Shown here piece by piece: positions 30,234 through 44,405 of a stretch of DNA of 64,000 nucleotides. The stretch is taken from contig OZ024760.1 in the NCBI GenBank assembly GCA_964016885.1, forward strand, positions 8,804,001 to 8,868,000. The letters run 5' to 3'. The DNA is from Eledone cirrhosa. Taxonomy: Eukaryota. Below the pieces are notes generated by a model, which was given only the letters and a program-made list of their open reading frames with translations, had not been told where the DNA came from and did no database searches. How positions within the stretch are numbered: position 1 is the first letter of the stretch; each line of letters begins with the position of its first letter. Position numbers and translations under genes: made by a program.

Positions 30234-31134
30234 TACACACACACACACACACACAACACCCCCCATCCAACACAGCCCCCCCCCCCCCCTACGGGTCCAA
30301 ACCCCCACCCACACACACACTACTGGTTCACAAACACCAATTAACAGTGGTGTTGGTGGTAGCGATGCTGGCAGTGGTGATGTTGTGAAGGCAAGATCGT
30401 GTGTGTGTGTGTGTGGAGAGATTGAGTGTGCGTGTGTGTGACAAAGTGTATGTGTGTGAGTGTGTCCGTATATGAGTGAGCGTGTGTACGTTTAAGAGTG
30501 TGTGTGTATGTACGAGTGTGTGTGTGTATGTACGAGTGTGTGTGTGTATGTACGAGTGTGTGTGTGTATGTACGTGTGTGTGTGTGTATGTATGAGTGTG
30601 TGTGTATGTACGAGTGTGTGTATGTACGAGTGTGTGTGTATGTACGAGTGTGTGTGTGTGTATGTACGTGTGTGTATGTATGAGTGTGTGTGTGTATGTA
30701 TGAGTGTGTGTGTATGTATGAGTGTGTGTGTATGTATGAGTGTGTGTGTATGTATGAGTGTGTGTGTATGTATGAGTGTGTGTGTATGTATGAGTGTGTG
30801 TGTATGTATGAGTGTGTGTGTGTATGTATGAGTGTGTGTGTATGTATGAGTGTGAGTGAATGAGTGTATGTAAGGGAGAGTGTATAAGAGTGAGTGGCTC
30901 TGTATGTGTCTGTGGATGTGTGGCTGTATGTGTGTGTGGCTGTGTATGTATGTGTGTGTGTGGCTGTGTATGTATGTGTGTGTGACTATGTATTGGTATG
31001 TGTGTGTGACTATGTATTGGTATGTGTGTGTGACTATGTATTGGTGTGACTGTGTGGCTGTATGTGTGTGTGTGGCTGTATGTGTGTGTGTGGCTGTATG
31101 TGTGTGTGTGTGGCTGTATGTGTGTGTGTGTGGC

Positions 31135-31213
<79 letters not shown>

Positions 31214-31532
31214 TGCGGTTTAAGACGTAAATGTAGAAGTTAATTGATGCTGAGGAAAAATGTGACCTCTGAAAGGTCACAAGTAATTTGGGTGGTGGTG
31301 GGAGGTCGCGTTGAAGGTGGTGGTGGGAGGTTGTGTATTGGGGTTCATAGAATATTGTGATGTAACATTAAACTGGCTATATGTGTGTGTGTGTGCGTGT
31401 GAATATAAATACATTCTCTCTCTCTCTCTACATACATACATACATACATACATACGTATACTCGATCATTTCCCACGTTTTCTATGTACGGGTGTGTGTG
31501 TACATATATATATATATACACACATTTTATAA

Positions 31533-31579
<47 letters not shown>

Positions 31580-31718
31580 AACATTTTATAAATAATTATA
31601 TATATATATATATATACACACATTTTATAAATACATATATATATATATATATATATACACACAAACATTTTATAAATAATTATATATATATATATATATA
31701 CACACATTTTATAAATAC

Positions 31719-31751
<33 letters not shown>

Positions 31752-31804
31752 AACATTTTATAAATAATTATATATATATATATATATATACACACATTTT
31801 ATAA

Positions 31805-31843
<39 letters not shown>

Positions 31844-32162
31844 AACATTTTATAAATAATTATATATATATATATATATACACATACACTCAAGTTTGTC
31901 TCATTCACTTTTCCCTCTCTTTATATATACACGTGTATGTGTGTGTGTAAGACTAGATATATATACCATGTCGTTTAACCCCTTTTATTGCGATCTAACT
32001 ACTAGAAATAGCAACCAAATCACACACTATCGTTGTACAAAAGGAAGGACAGGTTAGAAATAATGAATGGGATACTCATAGCAGAGATGTCTTGGAACAT
32101 TGAGGTTCTCTCGGTAAGATTTGGCCTGTGGTTAAACAACAACCCCCTCCGCCGTAGATATA

Positions 32163-32551
<389 letters not shown>

Positions 32552-32742
32552 GTGCGTGCGTGCGTGTTATGTCAGGCCCCTCCAGGGCGCCACTGGTAAC
32601 ATGTAACCCCAGTACAACCTGTTAGGTCGTCGGCAACCCCACCAAGCCGGGTGATATTTTTGGACACCCTGCGGGATGACAAACAAAACCCGTCAAAGGG
32701 TGGAGAAACTCTGTAGAGTCAACGACCATCCAATAGTGTGAA

Positions 32743-32781
<39 letters not shown>

Positions 32782-32923
32782 TTCAGTGTGGTCTACCCTA
32801 GGTGGTAGGGTCCGTACCGTAGACAAAACTCAATGTAATCCAATGGCGAGTAATCCAGTGAAATCCATAGAAAGGTTCCGTGTTGCGCTGAGTTAATCCT
32901 TAGATACAGAGTCTGATATTACG

Positions 32924-33255
32924 TATTAATTTAACAATGAAAATAACAAAGTCAAGTTATTTGACCTATTCATATTGTTTTACGATCGTTTCGGAGGGTT
33001 GTTCATATTGACTGATCTATAGCAGTTATATAACTACACTATCAGATTTCATATATTGGTTCAATCAGATCAGCTTCTTCGGAAACAAGAAGACGATCTG
33101 ATTGAACCAATATATGAAGTCTGATAGTATATATAGTTATATAACTGCTATAGATCAGTCAATATGAACAACCCTCCGAAACGATCGTAAAACAATGATA
33201 GAATAGGTCAAATAACTTGACTTTGTTGTTGCTATTTTCATTGTTAAATTAATAT
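32924..33255. repeat. ~330-bp palindrome carrying half-hammerhead GAAA-cgatcg-TA in each arm
   Basis: Arms are reverse complements about cttcttcggaaacaagaag (~33075-33093); the right end abuts (TA)n. Confidence 0.9.
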
Positions 33256-33607
33256 CTAATATATATATATATATATATGAGAGAGTGTGTGGGGTGGGGT
33301 GGGGTGGGAGGGCTCATGGAGATACTTGGTTTGGTGCTCGAGCGCGCAGTTAGCCCAATGGGAGTCAGAGACCCTTAATTCTTGTTAGGACATCATTCTA
33401 GAAGTAGGACAACTATGGTGTAATGTTGACATGTTCTTTTGGAGCTAACTGTCACTGTTGCTCAAAGCTTGGGATTGGTCCAATGCAAGACATTTGTTCA
33501 CATTTAAAAACTTCAAGCATAGGCATCACGTGATCTAAACATCCGTCACGTGTGTTGCACGTGAAAGTTGTTTTTCTGGCCGTAGCCGAATACGTCAAAA
33601 CACTTAA

Positions 33608-33802
33608 CAATAATTGTTTCTACTTCTGGCACAAGGCCAGCAATTATCCCAGTGCATTACTGGTACTTTATTTTCTCGACCCCGTAAGGATGATAGGCAA
33701 AGTTAACCTCGGCGGGATTTGAACTCAGAACATAGAGGGCCGTAACTATGCTGCAAAGCATGGTGTCCGACGCTCTACCGATACTGCCAATCCACCGCCC
33801 CT
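33608..33802 (-). mobile_element. Full-length SINE family 1
   Basis: Complete head, core and tail on the minus strand. Confidence 0.88.
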
Positions 33803-33929
33803 CAAATAATGATGGCAAGAAGAGCTCTGGAACAAGAAGTGAAAGGGTCTGGCTCAGTATGTGTCCCAAGGAACTGCAGCCTGGGCCCGGCCGTCGTTTG
33901 GCAACTGCGAGGAAAACAAAACCAAACTG

Positions 33930-34180
33930 TTTTAAAAATGTCCGGACTTCGTAAGACTATGAACCTACATCGTCTTGTCCTGAAAAAAGGTCAGCACTTA
34001 TGGCGAAAGGTCTTCAACGTTATAACATGGATGTTAAATCCTTGTCTGGAAACCAGGTGTGTTGAGGAGGGTCGCTTTCAGGAACGTTCTGGTGAATATC
34101 CTTTATACTGGGGTGGAAGATCACAAGGATGAAACTGTGAGGCTGGAGCGACTATTACTGTTAAAAATACAATTGCTTCC
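33930..34180 (+). mobile_element. RTE-like APE endonuclease N-terminal fragment (decayed)
   Basis: NVRT...LQRYNMDV...ETR..EEG..QE..GEY.LYWGGR..EAG pattern, read across frameshifts. Confidence 0.6.
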
Positions 34181-34905
34181 AGACGATCTGTTTCTATGAG
34201 GGTTCCACCATGTTTGTGGCACTCGTTCCGGCTCTTTGTTTTCAGAGTTCAAATCCTACCGAAGTCAACTTTGCTTTTCATCCTTTCGAGATCGATAAAA
34301 AAAGTACCAGTCTAGTACCAGTCTAGTACAAGGATCGATTTTTCCACTATTTATCCTCCTCATTTCCTCTCTCTCTCCCCCACGCTCTACTGTTACTGCC
34401 AATCCACAGTATTCTCTAATTTAGGCATAAAGCCAGCGGATTAGGGAAAGGAAAAGCCAATTAAATTCGACCCCAGTATTTCACTGGTAGTTTATTAACC
34501 CGGAAGAATGAAAGAAAATTGATCTGGATTTGATTTCAAGAGAGAATGTAGAGCCGGGAACAAAAGCTCATCAGTTTGTCTATTAGTCATCAGCAATACA
34601 GAGGAACAAACTAGAATTAATAATCGTGCGTGTAAAATATTACACTGAGGAAACGTTACAGCCGATATGACAGACTCACTTTATTAAAGTCACCCCCCCC
34701 CCCCCACACCTCCTGTAACCCCCCCCACACCACAGACACACCACCAGTAATACCTGTAATCTATAGTTATACCCCTACACCACTTGCATTCCCCCACCAC
34801 CACCCCACAACAACAATGTCATTCACACATACATGTGTGTGTGTGCGTGTGTATATGTGTGTGCATGTGCATATGTATGTATTTGTCTGTACGAATGTAT
34901 ATACG

Positions 34906-34936
<31 letters not shown>

Positions 34937-35426
34937 TCGTACAGACAAATACATACATATGCACATGCACATATACACATACATAATGATGGCTGCCCCT
35001 CTCGTTATCGAGTGTGGCTATTGCACGATTAAAAAAAAAAAAGAACCCACATACATTAACGATTAATGGTGCTGCAATCGAATGTGGCTTTTTAGTCCAG
35101 CCAATGATCTTCAAGTTGGCAACCAAAACATTCCCTGTCAGTACCCGGCTGTGGTTGGACTTCATGTACTTTTGCATATCATTTGCATATCATTTGCATA
35201 TCAGCCCTCTTGCTGATCTACACTATCTTCCACATGCTTGACAGGTATGATGAGTAGCATCTCCGACACACACATACATACAAACAAACAAACAAGGGAC
35301 AGGTCCCCTCTTCAGTTGTCTCGGACGTTTCAACGCATTAAAGACGATATATCTATCCCCGGTTCGTCATTAACTTTTGTAAGTTTGTTCATCTGCTATT
35401 GCGCAGCTGCAACTTCAACTATACTC

Positions 35427-35511
<85 letters not shown>

Positions 35512-35540
35512 ATTTAAATGGATACAGTTCAGTAAAAGGA

Positions 35541-35665
35541 ATTTATTGACACGTGTTTCAATAACAGTTATATAACCTGAAAACAGCTGCTATCTACAAA
35601 GTATTAATTATGCACACACTCAATATTTCAATGTTATTTTCAACTATCATTTCATCAGAATATAT
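35541..35665 (-). ncRNA. Intact hammerhead ribozyme with extended stem II insertion
   Basis: Minus strand: atatatt-CTGATGA-aatgatagttg...taactgttatt-GAAA-cacgtg-TC-aataaat. Stem II is 11 bp, stem III is the palindrome ACACGTGT, and the cleavage triplet is GUC. Confidence 0.82.
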
Positions 35666-35828
35666 ATATGTGTATATATATATAGGATCACCTACGGATT
35701 AGTAGCGGACTTGGACGTACTGTACGTTTTTTGAATTGCTCCATTATATATGTAGTGTATATTGGTTCACGGTCTTTTCGCTTGTATTTTCTCGTCTTGT
35801 CTCCGCGTTACACACTCTCTCTCTCTAT

Positions 35829-35870
<42 letters not shown>

Positions 35871-35874
<4 letters not shown>

Positions 35875-36071
35875 CGAAGGAAATGTGGTAAGGAACCAGG
35901 TGGACCATAACGCACCAAAGTACTCAATACTTAGGGTAGTAGAGTGGTTAATAGGAACGAGTAGGACCCCGACGGCTGAGCTCAAGCCGTTTCCACGGCT
36001 AATTCTGGACTCGTCCAGAATTAGCCGTCGAAACGGCTTGAGCTCAGCCGTCGGGGTCCTACTCGTTCCTA
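35871..36071 (-). mobile_element. Family A fold-back mini-element
   Basis: Palindrome centred on ctggactcgtccag; (TA)n flanks. Confidence 0.87.
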
Positions 36072-36453
36072 TATATATAGGAACGATCGACTTTCGTCAA
36101 ATCGGACCGAGGGAACAATGTTTCCGTTGGTCTTTCCAATTGCTAATACTATCTATCGGTCGCAACTCCAGGTAGAAGGAGCAACGTGAAATAAAGTGTC
36201 TTGCTCAAGGACATAACGCATCGCCTGGTCCAGGAATCGAACTCACAACCTTACGATTGCGAATCCAATTCTCTAACCACTCAGCCACACGCCTTATATA
36301 TATATATACATAATTATATAAACGGAGGAAGCTATTAACGATACTCCAACCAATTTTCAACTCACTCAACAAACGCTATAAAATACCGCTAACTATATTG
36401 TATTGTGTGGATAATTGGCTGTATTATTTTATGTGAGATATATTAAAGAACTC

Positions 36454-36501
<48 letters not shown>

Positions 36502-36506
<5 letters not shown>

Positions 36507-36690
36507 GTGGTTACACAATAGTTAGTTCACCATACCGAGAACAATTGTTTCACCTTAGCGGATGCTCAGCTCGTAATGGATACGAGCTGAGGATCCGCTA
36601 AGGTGAAACAATTGTTCTCGGTATGGTGAACTAACTGTTGTGTAACCACTTCTACCTAACTCGTTCCATGGACTGAGTGCTCTACCACTA
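36502..36690 (+). mobile_element. Fold-back hammerhead mini-element (palindrome 36502-36654; HHR 36581-36623)
   Basis: tacgag-CTGAGGA-tccgctaaggt-GAAA-caattg-TT-ctcggta in the right arm, then ACTCgttccatggactGAGTGC. Confidence 0.75.
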
Positions 36691-36721
36691 CGGATATTAC
36701 CTTCCAGTGTTCTACCACTAT

Positions 36722-37050
36722 TCTAAGGCGGGTAAAATTCCCGAGATCCATGGACGAGTTCTCTCCAGCGGTCTCTGTCTCATTATCGCTGCCATGTCCT
36801 GCGTCTCCAACAGACCAGTGTCTGTCCTTAGGGCATCAACATACGTTAACCTTGGTCTACCTCTTCCAGTGTGTCCATGTAGGGGGCTCCCACAGGAGCA
36901 CTGAGTGCAATGTCAACTCTGGATGTCGGTGAGCATGTTCAGCTAACCTCAGTCTCCTCTGTGTCACTTTTGAGCTGACTTTTGGGATGCTCCCATACAG
37001 CTTTGAGTTTTTCATCCTCAGTGTATACTGATTAATGTTCAGAGCCATCC
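36722..37050 (-). mobile_element. RTE-like LINE 3' fragment with target-site duplication
   Basis: LYGSIPKVSSKVTQRRLRLAEH..HPEL..VLLWEP, flanked by an 11-bp direct repeat tctaccactat at 36711 and 37051. Confidence 0.8.
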
Positions 37051-37055
37051 TCTAC

Positions 37056-37099
<44 letters not shown>

Positions 37100-37378
37100 G
37101 ATACATGACTTAGTAGTTTCAGTACTGGGCTTACAAATGTGAGATTGTGAGTTCGATTCTCTGACCGGGAGGAGAGAAGTGGCCTTAAGCAAGACACTTT
37201 ATTTCACGTTGTTCCAGTCCACTCGGCTGTAGAAATGAGTCACTGTTCCCTTGGACAACTTTATATATAGTGTTATATATGGTGGATATATAATGTGTAT
37301 ATATAGTATATATATACATACAGACAGACACTGATGCATATACATGTACAGCATACTCACAAACATACATATGCACAA

Positions 37379-37415
<37 letters not shown>

Positions 37416-37639
37416 ACACAAAGACACACGCACACACAGACACACATACAAAGACACAGACACACACAAACAAAGACACACAGACACACACACAAACAAA
37501 CAAACAAACAAAGACACACACACACACTTCAACTTAAGATGATTGAATTCATCCAATTAAATAAATATTTTAATTAATTAATGAAAATTACGTAACTGAT
37601 AAAATCTATTGATCTTATTCATAAATATTGATTACCACA

Positions 37640-38200
37640 GTGGGGGTGGGGATTGCGGTGATAGTAGTGGTGGGGATGGTGGGGATGGTGGAGTGATGGG
37701 GGCAGTGGTGAAGGGGTGGTAGTGGTGGTGAAGGGGGTGGTAGTGGTGGTGGTGATGGTGGTAGTGGTGGTGATGGTGGTAGTGGTGGTGGTGATGGTAG
37801 TGGTGGTGATGGTAGTGGTAGTGATGGTAGTGGTAGTGGTGGTGATGGTAGTGGTGGTGATGGTAGTGGTAGTGATGGTAGTGGTGGTGGTGGTAGTGGT
37901 GGTGATGGTAGTGGTAGTGGTGGTGATGGTAGTGGTGGTGATGGTAGTGGTGGTGTTGGTGATGGTAGTGGTGGTGATGGTAGTGGTGGTGATGGTAGTG
38001 GTGGTGATGGTGATGGTAGTAGTGATGGTAGTGGTAGTGGTGGTGATGGTAGTGGTGGTGATGGTGGTGGTGGTGATGGTGGTGGTGGTGGTGATGGTGG
38101 TGATGGTGGTGGTGCAGCTGCTAGTAATGCTAGTGGTGGTGGTGGGGTGGTGGTAGGAGGTGGTTACGACAACGTTGATGATGATGATGGCGGTGGTGTT
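37640..38200. repeat. (GGT/GAT/AGT)n trinucleotide repeat
   Basis: Seen directly. Confidence 0.93.
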
Positions 38201-38452
38201 GGTGCCACAATTAAATTAATAATGAAAGTACTAGACACGTGTATAAATATTATAAATTAGTTCGGTTGGCGTGGGTGTATATATATATATACACAATTAT
38301 ATATACATACACAATTATATATATATATACAATTATATATACCCATAGATACATAGACATTATAAATTAGTTCGTTTGGCGTGGGTGTATATATATATAT
38401 ATATAAACAATTACATACGCTCACACATATTCACACTATATATACACTCATT

Positions 38453-38490
<38 letters not shown>

Positions 38491-39338
38491 CACACACACA
38501 CACACGTATGCGTCTGTTAGTGTGCTTGGGTGAATATATATATCAAACGCAACACACAAATCCCGCCGAGGTTAACTTTGCCTTTCATCCTTACGGGGTC
38601 GATAAAATAAAGTACCAGTCACACACTGGGGTCGATTTAATCGACCTTACCCTCCCCCAATATTGCTGGCCTTGTGCCCAAAAGTAGAAACAATTATTAC
38701 ACACTTCGTGTTGGTCTATATACATATATGTGTGTGTGTGTTGGTCTATATACATATATGTGTGTGTGTGTTGGTCTATATAGATGTGTGTGTGTGTTGG
38801 TCTATATAGATGTGAGTGTGTGTGTGCATGGTATATATGTGTGAGTGTGTGTGTGTTATATGTGTGTGTGTGTTATATGTGTGAGTGTGTGTGTTATATG
38901 TGTGAGTGTGTTATACATGTGAGTGAGTGTGAGTGAGTGAGTGAGTGAGTGAGTGAGTGAGTGAGAGTGCGTGTGAGTGTGTGAGTGTGTGTGTGTGAGT
39001 GAGTGAGAGTGTGAGTGAGTGTGAGTGTGAGTGTGAGTGAGTGAGTGTGAGTGAGTGAGTGTGAGTATGTGTGTTAGGTAGGTTATACATGTGTGTGTGC
39101 GTGTGTGTGTTTTATTACTTAGAAATACTAACATTTTTAGATGAAAGGCGTAGAAGAAAGGGTGAGTGTCAACCCCCTAAATGTTTGACAACTGCAGAGA
39201 ATGTGGACAGGTTTGGAAGGGGATTGTTAGGGATCCAGTGGAATAAGGACCCATTGAAATAGGGACCTATCAGATGTCGAAGCCAGAGTTAGTAGCAATC
39301 CAACAGTCACATACCTTACAATCCACAACACAAACATA

Positions 39339-39492
<154 letters not shown>

Positions 39493-39522
39493 CGCGTGCG
39501 CGCGCATATACACATATACAAA

Positions 39523-39770
39523 GGCGACAAAGGGCGACTTGTTATGTCTTCATTGCGTTTGAGTAGTGACGCGTGTTTCGCTATTGATCAGCTCAAGGTT
39601 CGATCTGTATCGATCTAGCCCGACTCTGGAATCAAACGCTTGTCGGACTTCTGTCATTACCACAAGAGAAGTCCGATGAGCTTTTGAAACATCAAACCTT
39701 GAGCTGATCAATAGTGAAACGCACGTCACTACTCAAACTTTATGAAGACATAACAAATCACGCTTTGTCG
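39523..39770 (+). mobile_element. Fold-back hammerhead element, family B (CCGANGA core; HHR 39666-39734)
   Basis: gagaagt-CCGATGA-gcttttga...tcaatagt-GAAA-cgcacg-TC-actactc, with an inverted left arm. Relatives at 27600-27693(-), 44060-44150(+), 54552-54697(+) and 61527-61585(-). Confidence 0.72.
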
Positions 39771-40016
39771 GAGGCCATGATTTGCAGAACAGAGTCATGG
39801 CCCTTTACGGTCCGAGTACAAAACCGCCTGTCATCCCTACGGGATCGATAAAATAAAGTACCAGAAATGCACTGGAATAATTGCTTGCCTTGTGCCAAAA
39901 GTAGAAACAATTATTATTATTATTACACTCTGCTTAGTACCACACCTCTATACTTACTAGAAACTACACATCGAGTGCTCACTCTGGGCGTTATAATCCC
40001 TATATATATATATATA

Positions 40017-40460
40017 ATAGCCGTCGAAACGGCTTCATCTCTGCAGTCGGGGTCTTGAACATTCTCTTATGTGTATACATATATATATATATATATAACG
40101 AAGGAAATGTGGTAAGGAACCAGGTGGACCATAACGCACCAAAGTACTCAATACTTAGGGTAGTAGAGTGGGTAATAGGAACGAGTAGGACACCGACGGC
40201 TGAGCTCAAGCCGTTTCGACGGCTAATTCTGGTCTAAATCATTTAGTTCAGAATTAACCGTCGAAACGGCTTGAGCTCAGCCGTCGGGGTCCTACTCGTC
40301 CCTATATATATATATATATATATTTAGTCCAGAATTAGCCGTCGAAACGACTTGAGCTCAGCCGTCGGGGTCCTACTCGTTCCTATATATATATATATAT
40401 ATTTAGTCCAGAATTAGCCGTCGAAACGGCTTGAGCTCAGCCGTCGGGGTCCTACTCGTT

Positions 40461-40464
<4 letters not shown>
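40017..40464. mobile_element. Cluster of family A pieces: one fold-back copy (40095-40303), two tandem duplicates of the arm, and a diverged arm
   Basis: Arms are separated by short (TA)n runs. Confidence 0.85.
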
Positions 40465-40497
<33 letters not shown>

Positions 40498-40908
40498 CAA
40501 GATGGGACGAGCATGAGTTTCACTGCTAGTACCAGTTGCATCTCAGCGTACTCAATATGTAGTGCTACGTAAAATCCCAGAGAAGACACAAAGTGATTTG
40601 CTTCAATACAACACACGTAAATGGGTACCTTCAATCTATACCCTTACCCCGAATGTCGGTCACATTTAATGCATATTTCAAAAGAGATCGATATATATAA
40701 TATATAACGAACATGTGGCTCTATGACAGCTCTGTGAGAGAATTGAAGCTAGAAATACAAGACCTCAGAGCCTTGCACACTGCCCAATGTCTTCGGACAC
40801 CACATATCTACTATGTTACAGAGAACAATCTAATGAGGTTAAACGTAGAGACGGAATAACTATTAAACTTTCATCGACACTAAGTTTTTACAGTGTATAT
40901 ATGGTACC

Positions 40909-40980
<72 letters not shown>

Positions 40981-41123
40981 CATACATACATACATACATA
41001 TATATGTACATACATACATACATACATATATATGTACATACATACATATATATGTACATACATACATACATACATACATACACACATACATACATACATA
41101 CATACACATACATATATATATAC

Positions 41124-41154
<31 letters not shown>

Positions 41155-41857
41155 CATACATATACATACATCTACACATACATACATATATACATACATA
41201 TACATATATATACATATACATATATATACATATACATACATATACACACATATATATATACATATACATATACATACATATACACATATACATACATACA
41301 TATACATACATATACATACATACATATACATACATACACATACATACATATACATACATACACATACATACATATACATACATACACACATATACATACA
41401 TACATATATACATACATATATACATACATATATACATACATATATACATACATACATATACATATACATACATACATACATACATACACATACATACACA
41501 TACATATATATATACATACATATACACATATATACATATACATACACACATATACATACATATATATATGTTGTCACAATAGGGCGGGAACGTACGTAAT
41601 CGAGATGTAGCCCCCCCCCCCCCGACTCAGGGGGAGAGGGGGGGGTCATTGGCTTCACTTGTAATTTGCCTGAGACGAGTATTATGTAATGATGTCATAC
41701 AATCTTGTCTCCCTTTCTCATACGAAAGACATAGATGTGTGTAAACACACACACACACACACTCCAACGTTCGATAGTTTGGGATCAAGAATAGTTTCAC
41801 AGATATTCAACCACCAACCTCTCGACGGAGATCCCTTCCTTGGTACAGAAATATCAC

Positions 41858-42653
41858 TACACACACACACATGCATGTGTATACACACACACATGCATGT
41901 GTATACACACACACATGCATGTGTATACACACACACACATGCATGTGTATACACACACACACATGCATGTGTATACACACACACACACACACATGCATGT
42001 GTATACACACACACACACACACATGCATGTGTATACACACACACACACACATGCATGTGTATACATACACACACACATGCATGTGTATACACACACACAC
42101 ATGTATGTGTATACACACACACACATGTATGTGTATACACACACACACACATGTATGTGTATACACACACACACACATGTATGTGTATACACACACACAC
42201 ACATGTATGTGTATACACACACACACATGTATGTGTATACACACACACACATGTATGTGTATACACACACACATGTATGTGTATACACACACACATGTAT
42301 GTGTATACACACACACATGTATGTGTATACACACACACATGTATGTGTATACACACACACACACACATGTATGTGTATACACACACACACACACATGTAT
42401 GTGTATACACACACACACACATGTATGTGTATACACACACACACACATGTATGTGTATACACACACACACACATGTATGTGTATACACACACACATGTAT
42501 GTGTATACACACACACACATGTATGTGTATACACACACACACACATGTATGTGTATACACACACACACACATGTATGTGTATACACACACACACACATGT
42601 ATGTGTATACACACACACACATGTATGTGTATACACACACACACATGTATGTG

Positions 42654-42685
<32 letters not shown>
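41858..42685. repeat. (CA)n-TG(C/T)ATGTGTATA compound minisatellite
   Basis: Seen directly. Confidence 0.93.
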
Positions 42686-42689
<4 letters not shown>

Positions 42690-42985
42690 ACCGCTCCATT
42701 ACCAATATACATTTTGTTAATCTAAGACAGGTCTCACTCGGTGATAGGTTCAAACCATTGACTGAGTAGTGTGACCAAACGGGATTATAGCAAACATATT
42801 TCCTATAACACACACACGTGTGTGTGTGTGTGTGTGGTGTGTGTGGTGTGTGGAACTAGCTGTTGAAATCGCCACATCTCAGCCGTCGGGGTCCTGACTG
42901 TTTACAATACAATCATACTCTACTACTCCTAGCATCGAGTACTCTGATGAGTAGTGTTCTAACTAGTTTTAAAGTGATTCGATGT

Positions 42986-43049
<64 letters not shown>

Positions 43050-43053
43050 GTAC

Positions 43054-43502
43054 ATGGTGGCTGCCAACTCGTTTTCGAGTACGGCCACTACTTTATATCC
43101 ATGTAGGAGAACCCCGACCGATGCGCTGAACGAGTGTGACTTTTTAGTCCAGCCAGCGACTTGAAAACTCTGGTACAAACACTACACTTGTGACAATTAT
43201 TGACACATAGTGCTGGGCCCATGGTACCATGTGACGACAAGTGCAGAGAGATCTCCAGATACAAAGCAATGCCTGTGCCGTGAAGCTTTTATAGTGAGCA
43301 AAGGCACTGCACAAAGCCAGTCCCACTCTCTTAACCAAGATGATATTTACCAAAAAGAAGAACAAGTCAACATCATTGGATACCATCAGGGTTGCAGGTG
43401 TTATATCAGAGTTTTCCTTCTCCTAGAATTCTGCCTTGACAAAGGCTAAGGGGTCATCTCTCCCGGTGATTTTGGATGGCCATTGACTCTTAAGAGCTCC
43501 TT

Positions 43503-43503
<1 letters not shown>
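43054..43503 (-). mobile_element. 5'-truncated copy of the RTE-derived mini-element
   Basis: Near-identical to 13569-14017; embedded in (TA)n. Confidence 0.87.
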
Positions 43504-43547
<44 letters not shown>

Positions 43548-43580
43548 CCGTACAGCAAATATTATTTACACAGATTAAAG

Positions 43581-43759
43581 GGTGGATTGGCAGAATTGGT
43601 AGAGGGTTGGACATGCTTTCCAGCATAGTTACGTCCCTTTACGATCTGAGTTCAAATCCCGCCAAGGTTAACTTTGCCTTTCATCCTTACGAGGTCGATA
43701 AAATAAAGTACCAGTAATGTACTGGGTAATCTGCTGGCCTTGTGCCGAAAGTAGAAACA
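43581..43759 (+). mobile_element. Full-length SINE family 1 with 20-bp TSD
   Basis: attatttacacagattaaag at 43561-43580 and 43760-43779. Confidence 0.9.
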
Positions 43760-43996
43760 ATTATTTACACAGATTAAAGTTTAAGCAAAGAATTTCAGCT
43801 CAGAATCTCAAACTCAGAAGATCCCATTAGGGTAAAAGGCAGACATATTTTGCTTAAACTGTAATCTGTACTAATAATGTATGTATACACATACACACAC
43901 GTATACATACATGCTACACCGACAAGGATGTTAAATCTATCATCTGTTAAACATATGCATCGGTCGGTCGATATACAATAAAAACTTCATCATATA

Positions 43997-44035
<39 letters not shown>

Positions 44036-44405
44036 CGGAGTGTAACGTCCAGTTACTGTAGGTTCTAGATCAATACAGATCGAACCTTGAGCAGATCGAT
44101 AGCGAAACGCGCGTCATTAATCAATAAACGTAATGAAGATATAAAAAAAATTGTCCTTTTTATTATTATTATTATTATTATATACATTGTATATACTTTA
44201 TATATATATATACTGTTGTATCATCCAGTGTTAACATTTGTGCCACAGTATTTTAAATATTTCATAAATAACCTATATTTATGTGTGTGTGTGTGTGGGT
44301 GGGTGTGTATGTGTGTGTGCGCGTGGGTGAGTATGTGTGTGTGCGCGTGGGTGAGTATGTGTGTGTGTGTGTGTGTGTGTATGTGCCTATGTATCTTTAT
44401 GCCTG

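Noticed and set aside
35300-35400. Hammerhead on the minus strand around GAAAcgTC
   Set aside because: Stem III and part of stem II are present, but there is no convincing CUGANGA with a matching stem I.
42945-42990. CTGATGA as a hammerhead core
   Set aside because: It lies just after the GAGTAC hairpin with no stem II-GAAA partner. The equivalent position varies in other copies (ctggtgc, ctcgtga).
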